NCBI GenBank assembly: GCA_963724295.1 | Contig: CAVRUC010000008.1 | Coordinates: 285,299-349,298 of the forward strand | DNA from: an uncultured Chloroflexia bacterium | GTDB taxonomy: Bacteria > Chloroflexota > Chloroflexia > Thermomicrobiales > UBA6265 | Length of the DNA: 64,000 bases | Reading direction: 5' to 3' | Shown here: positions 57,949 to 64,000 of the stretch, in pieces | Layout: each line of letters begins with the position of its first letter | Position numbering within the stretch: the first letter of the stretch is position 1 | The notes under the pieces: generated by a model | Database searches by the model: none | What the model saw: the letters and a program-made list of their open reading frames with translations, nothing else | What the model was told of the DNA's origin: nothing | Position numbers and translations under genes: made by a program

Positions 57949-58914
57949 GTGTCCGCGTCGGTCGAGGAGCGAGCAGCGGTCGGCCGGGGCGAGCGATTCC
58001 TCGCCCCGGCCCGGCCACGGTCGCTCGGCGGCTGGTGGCGGCGTAACGAGCGCCGCGTGGCGCCCTACCTCTTCATCTCGCCCTTCTTCATCCTCTTCGC
58101 GCTCTTCCTGGCCTACCCGATCGTCCAGGCTTTCTGGATCAGCCTCCACGAGTGGCCGGGCATCGGCGAGATGGAGTGGGTCGGCTGGGGCAACTACGGC
58201 GACGTGCTGCGGGACGAGAGCTTCCACAACGCCGCCATCAATACCGCCTGGTACGCGGCGGCCAGCCTCTTGCTGATCTGCCCTCTGGCGCTGCTGCTGG
58301 CGCTGGCCCTGAACAGCCGGCAGGTGCGGGCGAGCGACTTCCTGCGGACCGGCTACTTCATTCCGGTCGTCCTCTCGCCGGTCGTCATCGCCCTGATGTT
58401 CACCCTGATCTTCGACACGGAGTTCGGCCTGATGAACGCCGGTCTGCGCGGCCTGCTCGGGATCCGGCCGATCAACTGGCTGGGGACGCCGGAGTGGGCC
58501 AAGGTGGTGATCATCGTCATCCTGGTCTGGCGCTGGACCGGCTACATCATGATCTACTTCCTGGCCGGTCTGCAGAACATCCCTCGCGAGCTGTACGAGG
58601 CGGCCCAGCTCGACGGCGCCGGGCCCTGGCGCCTCTTCTGGAACATCACCCTGCCGCTGCTGCGGCCGGTGACCGCTTTCGTGGCGGTGGTCGTCCTGAT
58701 CGGGGCCTCGCAGGTCTTCGAAGAGCCCTACATCCTGACCAACGGCGGCCCCGGCGAGGCGACCCTGAGCATCGCCAACTACGTGCAGCGGGAAGGTTTC
58801 GAACGGCTCAACTTCGGCTTCGCCGCGACGGCGAGCTTCATCCTCTTCGTGTTCGTCTTTCTGGTCACCCAGGCCCAGATCCGCTACTTCGGGATCGGCC
58901 GCGAGCACGAGTGA
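57949..58914 (+). CDS. Sugar ABC permease
   Basis: PYLFISPF, LAGLQNIPRELYEAAQLDGA. Confidence 0.93.
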   Translation: MSASVEERAAVGRGERFLAPARPRSLGGWWRRNERRVAPYLFISPFFILFALFLAYPIVQAFWISLHEWPGIGEMEWVGWGNYGDVLRDESFHNAAINTAWYAAASLLLICPLALLLALALNSRQVRASDFLRTGYFIPVVLSPVVIALMFTLIFDTEFGLMNAGLRGLLGIRPINWLGTPEWAKVVIIVILVWRWTGYIMIYFLAGLQNIPRELYEAAQLDGAGPWRLFWNITLPLLRPVTAFVAVVVLIGASQVFEEPYILTNGGPGEATLSIANYVQREGFERLNFGFAATASFILFVFVFLVTQAQIRYFGIGREHE

Positions 58915-58925
58915 AGGAGGGCGGG

Positions 58926-59774
58926 ATGGCAGAAACCGCACGCCGGAACGGGCGGGAGCGCGCCCTTACCATCGTCCTGACCGGGCTGCTGCTGGCCGGC
59001 CTCGCCGTGCCGCTGCTGCCCCTGCTCTGGACGCTCGCCTCGTCGTTCAAGCCGGTCAGCGACATTTTCATCTATCCCCCCCGGCTGCTGCCGTCGCCGG
59101 GGACGTTGGAGAACTACCGGCGCCTCTTCTCCGACGTCCCCTACCTGCAGTGGTTCTGGAACACGCTCTGGGTGAGCGTGGTCTCGACCGGGCTGGCTCT
59201 CTTCTTCAGCGCGCTCGGCGGCTACGCCTTCGCCAAGTACGAGTTCCGCGGCAAGACGCTGCTGTTCAACATCGTGCTGGGGTCACTCCTGGTGCCGTTC
59301 GCCGTGCTCCTGATCCCCTTGTTCGTGCTGATCACCCGGATCGGCTGGGCCGACTCATTCCTGGCCCTGATCGTCCCCTGGGTGGCGCCGGCTTATGGCA
59401 TCTTCCTGATGCGGCAGTACATCGTGCAGGCGGTGCCGGATGAGCTGATCGACGCCGGCCGCGTCGACGGGGCGGGCGAGTTCCGCGTCTTCTGGACGCT
59501 GGTCCTACCGCTGGTCCGGCCCGCGCTCGGCGCACTCGCGATCTGGAACTTCCTGGGGGTCTACAACAGCTTCCTCTGGCCGCTGGTCGTCATGTCCAGC
59601 AACGAGAAGCTGATGCTGCCGGTCGGCCTGGCCCAGATCTACGGCAACTACAGCCGCGAATACGGCCTGGTCATGGGAGGCGCGGTGCTGGCCGCCGTGC
59701 CCATGATCGTGGTCTTCGTCGCCCTGCGCCGCCAGTTCATCGAGGGGCTGACGTTCGGCGCGCTGAAAGGCTAG
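58926..59774 (+). CDS. Sugar ABC permease
   Basis: AAGGAGG RBS; GYAFAKYEFRGK, ELIDAGRVDGA, FIEGLTFGALKG. Confidence 0.93.
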   Translation: MAETARRNGRERALTIVLTGLLLAGLAVPLLPLLWTLASSFKPVSDIFIYPPRLLPSPGTLENYRRLFSDVPYLQWFWNTLWVSVVSTGLALFFSALGGYAFAKYEFRGKTLLFNIVLGSLLVPFAVLLIPLFVLITRIGWADSFLALIVPWVAPAYGIFLMRQYIVQAVPDELIDAGRVDGAGEFRVFWTLVLPLVRPALGALAIWNFLGVYNSFLWPLVVMSSNEKLMLPVGLAQIYGNYSREYGLVMGGAVLAAVPMIVVFVALRRQFIEGLTFGALKG

Positions 59775-59854
59775 CGGGGCGCTCGCAGGAGACTGAGAGG
59801 ACAGGGGGCGCGGCGGCCGAAGCGGACACCGAGGGGCGGACCAGGGAGAGGGGC

Positions 59855-61920
59855 ATGCTGTTCGGGGCGTCGTACTACCGCGAGTACCAGCCGTACGACC
59901 GGCTCGACGATGACATCCGGCTGATGGGCGAGGCCGGGGTGAACTTCGTCCGTATGGGCGACTCGATCTGGAGCCTGTCGGAGCCGGAGGAGGGGCGGAT
60001 CGAGCTCGGTTGGCTGGACCCGGTGCTCGATGCCCTGCACCGGGCGGAGATCCAGGTCGCGCTGGTCACGCCGACCTACGCGATCCCGCCGTGGCTGCAC
60101 CGCAAGCACCCGGAGCTGATGGTCCACCACGCCCGGGGGCAGCGGGCCTGGTTCGGCGGTCGCCAGAACATGGACTTTACCCACCCGGCCTACCGCTACC
60201 ACGCCGAGCGGATCATCCGCGCGGTGGCCGGGCGCTTCGCTCCCCACCCGGCCGTGATCGGCTGGCAGGTCGACAACGAGACCGGCAATGAGGTCTTCTA
60301 CAATCCGTACGTCTTCGCTCGCTTCGTCGACCACCTCAAGCGCGCGTTCGGCACGGTCGAGCGGCTGAACGAGGTGTGGGGCCTCAACTACTGGTCGCAC
60401 CGGCTCCATGACTGGGCCGAGTTGTGGACCCCGGACGGCAACACCAACCCCGGTTACGACCTGGAGTGGCGCCGCTTCCAGGACGGGCTGACAACCGAAT
60501 TCCTGGCCTGGCAGGTTGGCATCGTCAAGGAATACGCGCGGCCTGACCAGTGGGTTACCCAGGACCTGGCCGGCGGCCACGGGCGACCAACGAGCGACCG
60601 CTACGAGGTCGCTCAGGTCGTCGACGTGCTCTCCGAAAACCCCTACCACCCGACCCAGGACGGTCTGGCGATCCCCACCCCCGCGGCCGCGGCGGCGGCG
60701 ATCCCGGAGTGGATGCACGAGGTCGGGCCGTGGGTGTTCTCGTTCCGGGCCAACCTGGGGTGGAGCGGCCGCCAAACGAACTTCTTCGTGATGGAGACGA
60801 ACGCGCTGAGCTCGGTGGCTCCGCCGCGAAATTACCCCGCCTACGACAACCAGTGGCGACAGGTGGCCTACACCTTCATCTCGCGCGGGGCCAACGCGAT
60901 CACCTACTGGCACTGGCACACGCTCCACTACGGCGCCGAGACCTACTGGGGCGGGATGTGCCACACGACTACGAGCCGAACCGCTGCTTCCGCGAGCTCA
61001 GTCGGCTCGGCCAGGAACTGCGCCGCCATGGCGACCGCCTGACCGACCTCGAGCCCGAGGCCGAGGTCGGGTGCTCTACTCCCAGGCGAGCAAGCACGCC
61101 TCCGGTTCCAGCCACCCTTGACGCGCCCCGGTCAGGCGACCCCCGACCCCCGCTCGTACGAGCGGATCTTCGACGCCTACTACCGGGCCTGCTTCGACGC
61201 CGGCGCGGAGACCGCCATCGTCCACCCGGCCCAGGCGTGGGAGCAACTGCCGGTGCTGGGGCGCCGGCGCTCTACGCGGCGGACGACGCCCGGCTGGAGC
61301 GCCTCGCCGGCTACGCCGACGGTGGCGGGCACCTCCTGCTGACGTTCCGCTCGGGCTACGCCGACGAGTACGCCCGGGTCCGCTGGAAGCGAGCGCCGGG
61401 CCCCCTGCGGCCGGCGGTCGGCGCCGCCTACGGCGAGTACTCGAACCTTCTCAGCCACTACCGTTGCGCGCAGGCGAGGGCGGATTCGTCGTGCCGGACG
61501 GAGCGCGGCGGAGGCGTGGGCCGACGGACTGGATCTGGAAGGGGCGACGCCGCTCGCCTTCTACGACCACCCGCACTTCGGTCGCTGGCCGGCGGTCACC
61601 TCCCAGACGTTCGGCCGCCGCCGGGTGACCTACGTCGGAACCCTCCCTAACCCGTCGTTCGGGACGGCGTTGGTGGCCTGGGTGATGGCGCAGGCCAGCA
61701 TCAAACCGCGCATCCCGGACCTCCCCGACTCGGTCCGGGTCTCGACCGCCCGCAACCGACAGGGGGAGCGCTGTGGTTCCTTACAAACTGGTCGGCGGCC
61801 GAGCAGACGGTGGCCGCCATGCCGGTGGCCACGGGCGACCTGTTCACGGACGAGCCGGTCGGCGCGGGCGAGGGACTCGATCTCGGGCCGTGGGACGTCC
61901 GCGTCCTGGTCGAGCGGTAG
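59855..61920 (+). CDS. GH42 beta-galactosidase (multiple frameshifts)
   Basis: FGASYYREYQ, WSLSEPEEG, WQVDNE, METNA, YWHWHTLHYGAETYWGG. The trimerisation domain is scattered across frames and ends WDVRVLVER* at 61920. Confidence 0.85.
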
Positions 61921-61983
61921 GAAGCGGCTCATGCGGGCCAGTTGCCGACATCAGTCGCCGGCCGAGATCGCAAAGGGGAGCAC

Positions 61984-62929
61984 GTGGACGTTCGCTCGTC
62001 GGAGGTGGCGCCCGGCGTCCACCGCCTGGCCTGGTCGTCGGCGCCAAGCCAATGGCGGTGTACCTGCTCGCCGGCGACAACCTGACGCTGATTGACACCG
62101 GCCTGCCCGACACGCCCGCGGCGGTCTACCTGCCGGCGGTCGAGGCGCTCGGGCGGCGGCCGGAGGAGGTCGTGCTGGCCCTGATCACCCACGCCGACGC
62201 AGATCACATCGGCGGCAACGCCGCCCTCCGCCGCGTCTTCCCGCGCGCCCTCCTCGCCTGCCATGCCCGCGACGCTCGGCTTGCCAGCGACCCGGCCGTC
62301 CTCACCACCGAGCGCTACGACGCCTTCTGGGACGACCATCGGCTCCGCTACGACCAGGCGGTCTTCGACCTGCTGGCCTCGTGGATGGGACCTGCCGAAC
62401 CGATGGACCTGCTGCTTTGCGGCGGCGAGCAGATCCGCTTCCGCGGCGACGAATGGCTTTCCCTGCTCGAGCTGCCCGGCCACACCGCCGGCCACGTCGG
62501 GCTTCACCACCCCGGCCAGCAGTGGGCGATCGTCGCCGACGCCGTCTTCGGCCGGACCCAAGTCAATGTCGACGGCAGCCCCGCCGCCCCCCCGCCCTAC
62601 CTCGACGTCGCCGCGTACCGACAAACGATCAACATCCTGCGGGCGCTCGATCTGGAGTTGCTGCTGACCTGCCACTACCCGGTCATGCGCGGAGCGGAGA
62701 TCGCCGCCTTCCTCGACGCCAGCGAGGCGTTCGTCGACGACGCCGAGCGGGTGACGGAGGAGCTGCTGCGGGGTGCGGCTGGCCCCCTGACCCTGGCCCA
62801 GGCGATCGCACGGCGGCTCCGCGGCTCGGTCCCTTCGGTTTTGCCAACGACCTGAAGTACGCGATGCTGTCCCACCTGGAGTTGGCCGAGGCGCGCGGCC
62901 GGGCCGATCGGACGCGCTCGGGGATGTAG
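61984..62929 (+). CDS. MBL-fold metallo-hydrolase (frameshifted at both ends)
   Basis: LIDTG, THADADHIGG, PGHTAGH, TCHYP. Boundaries approximate. Confidence 0.8.
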
Positions 62930-62956
62930 TGGCCTGGCGCTGGACGGAGCGGACGC

Positions 62957-64000
62957 GTGAAGATCGTCGCCATCTCGACCCGGGTCGTCAACGCCCGGAT
63001 GCGTAACTGGGTCTTCGTCAAGGTCGAGACCGATCAGGGCCTGGTGGGATGGGGCGAGGCCAGCCTGGAATGGAAGACGCGGGCGGTGGTCGGCTGCGTC
63101 GAGGACCTGGCTCCGCTCATTCTCGGCCAGGACCCGCGCCGGATCGAGCACCTCTACCAGACCATGTACCGCCACTCCTTCTTCCGGATGGGCGTCATCG
63201 GGATCAGCGCCCTCTCCGGCATCGAGCAGGCCTGCTGGGACATCTTCGGCAAGAGCCTCGAGGTGCCGGTCTACCAGCTCCTGGGCGGCGCCGTCCGCGA
63301 GTCGATCCGGATGTACGACCACCTGGGCGGCGGCGAGATGAACGCGCTCTACCTGCAGGATCAACCGGAGCGGATGGCCGAGCGGGCGCGAGAGTCAGTC
63401 GCCGCCGGTTACTCGGCGATCAAGGCGCTCGTGGTGCCGGTCAGCGAGCCGCTCGACGGACTGGCCCCCATCCGTCGCGCTGAGGCGTGCATGGCGGCGA
63501 TCCGGGAGGCGGTGGGCGACGAGGTCGACATCATGGTCGACCTCCACGGCCGGACGACGCCGGCGATGGCCATCCAGTACGGCCAGGCGCTGGCCCCCTA
63601 CCGCCTCTTCTTCTTCGAGGAGCCTTGCCCTCCGGAGAACCCCACCGCGCTGGCCGAGGTGGCGCGGGGCCTGCCGGGGGTGCCGATCGCGACCGGAGAG
63701 CGGCTGGTGACCCGCTTCCAGTTCCGCGAGCTCTTCGAGCAAGGCGCCTGCGCGGTGGTCCAGCCTGACCTCTGCCACTGGGCGGCGGCGAGGTGCGCGG
63801 ATCGCGGCGCTCGCCGAGACGTACTAGGTGTCGGTTGCGCCCCACAACCCCCTGGGACCGGGCGCCACCACGGTGCGATGCAGTTCGGGTTCGCGACTCC
63901 CGGGTTCCTGATCCAGGAGGCGATCCGCGCGGACGTGCCGTGGCGCGACGAGGTGGTCACCACCCCGATCTGGGTGGTCTATGGCCACGTCTCACTGCCA
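62957..64000 (+). CDS. Galactonate dehydratase-like enolase-superfamily protein (3'-truncated, errors after 63780)
   Basis: Frame from GTG 62957: RNWVFVKVETDQGLVGWGEASLEW, SGIEQACWDI, MVDLHGR, FFEEP, ATGERL, QPD, PHNPLG. Absent from the ORF track. Confidence 0.88.
   Translation, partial: MKIVAISTRVVNARMRNWVFVKVETDQGLVGWGEASLEWKTRAVVGCVEDLAPLILGQDPRRIEHLYQTMYRHSFFRMGVIGISALSGIEQACWDIFGKSLEVPVYQLLGGAVRESIRMYDHLGGGEMNALYLQDQPERMAERARESVAAGYSAIKALVVPVSEPLDGLAPIRRAEACMAAIREAVGDEVDIMVDLHGRTTPAMAIQYGQALAPYRLFFFEEPCPPENPTALAEVARGLPGVPIATGERLVTRFQFRELFEQGACAVVQPDLCHWAAARCADRGARRDVLGVGCAPQPPGTGRHHGAMQFGFATPGFLIQEAIRADVPWRDEVVTTPIWVVYGHVSLP

Overview
High-GC bacterial chromosomal window. Gene content suggests Chloroflexota, Thermomicrobiales-like (inference from the LPXTG protein, the TIGR03663/NHL pair and the AQESTP-type signal peptide). 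In order: peptidases (pepF 3' end, M20); a minus-strand block of two paralogous heavy-metal-type RND permeases with a minimal adaptor, a two-component system, a metallophosphoesterase and a HAD hydrolase; an acidic LPXTG protein; a cobalt-type nitrile hydratase operon whose accessory protein is fused to a Cys-rich thioredoxin-like ferredoxin domain; a candidate structured ncRNA; amtB followed by a small membrane ORF; a BNR-repeat hydrolase; two TIGR03663/GT-C-like membrane proteins; a LacI-controlled sugar ABC operon; a CoA-transferase/enoyl-CoA hydratase pair; a complete IS4-like element inserted in a REP-like palindrome; a zone of gene remnants (comM fragment, exonuclease pseudogene); and a long GntR-headed catabolic cluster (peptide-type ABC, DUF4185-like protein, lactonase, two enolase-superfamily enzymes, sugar ABC, GH42, MBL hydrolase). 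Many single-base frameshifts cluster at 7.4-13.6 kb and after 57.8 kb and may be long-read errors. No rRNA, tRNA or CRISPR array was seen. All family calls come from recognising motifs by eye; no database search was run.
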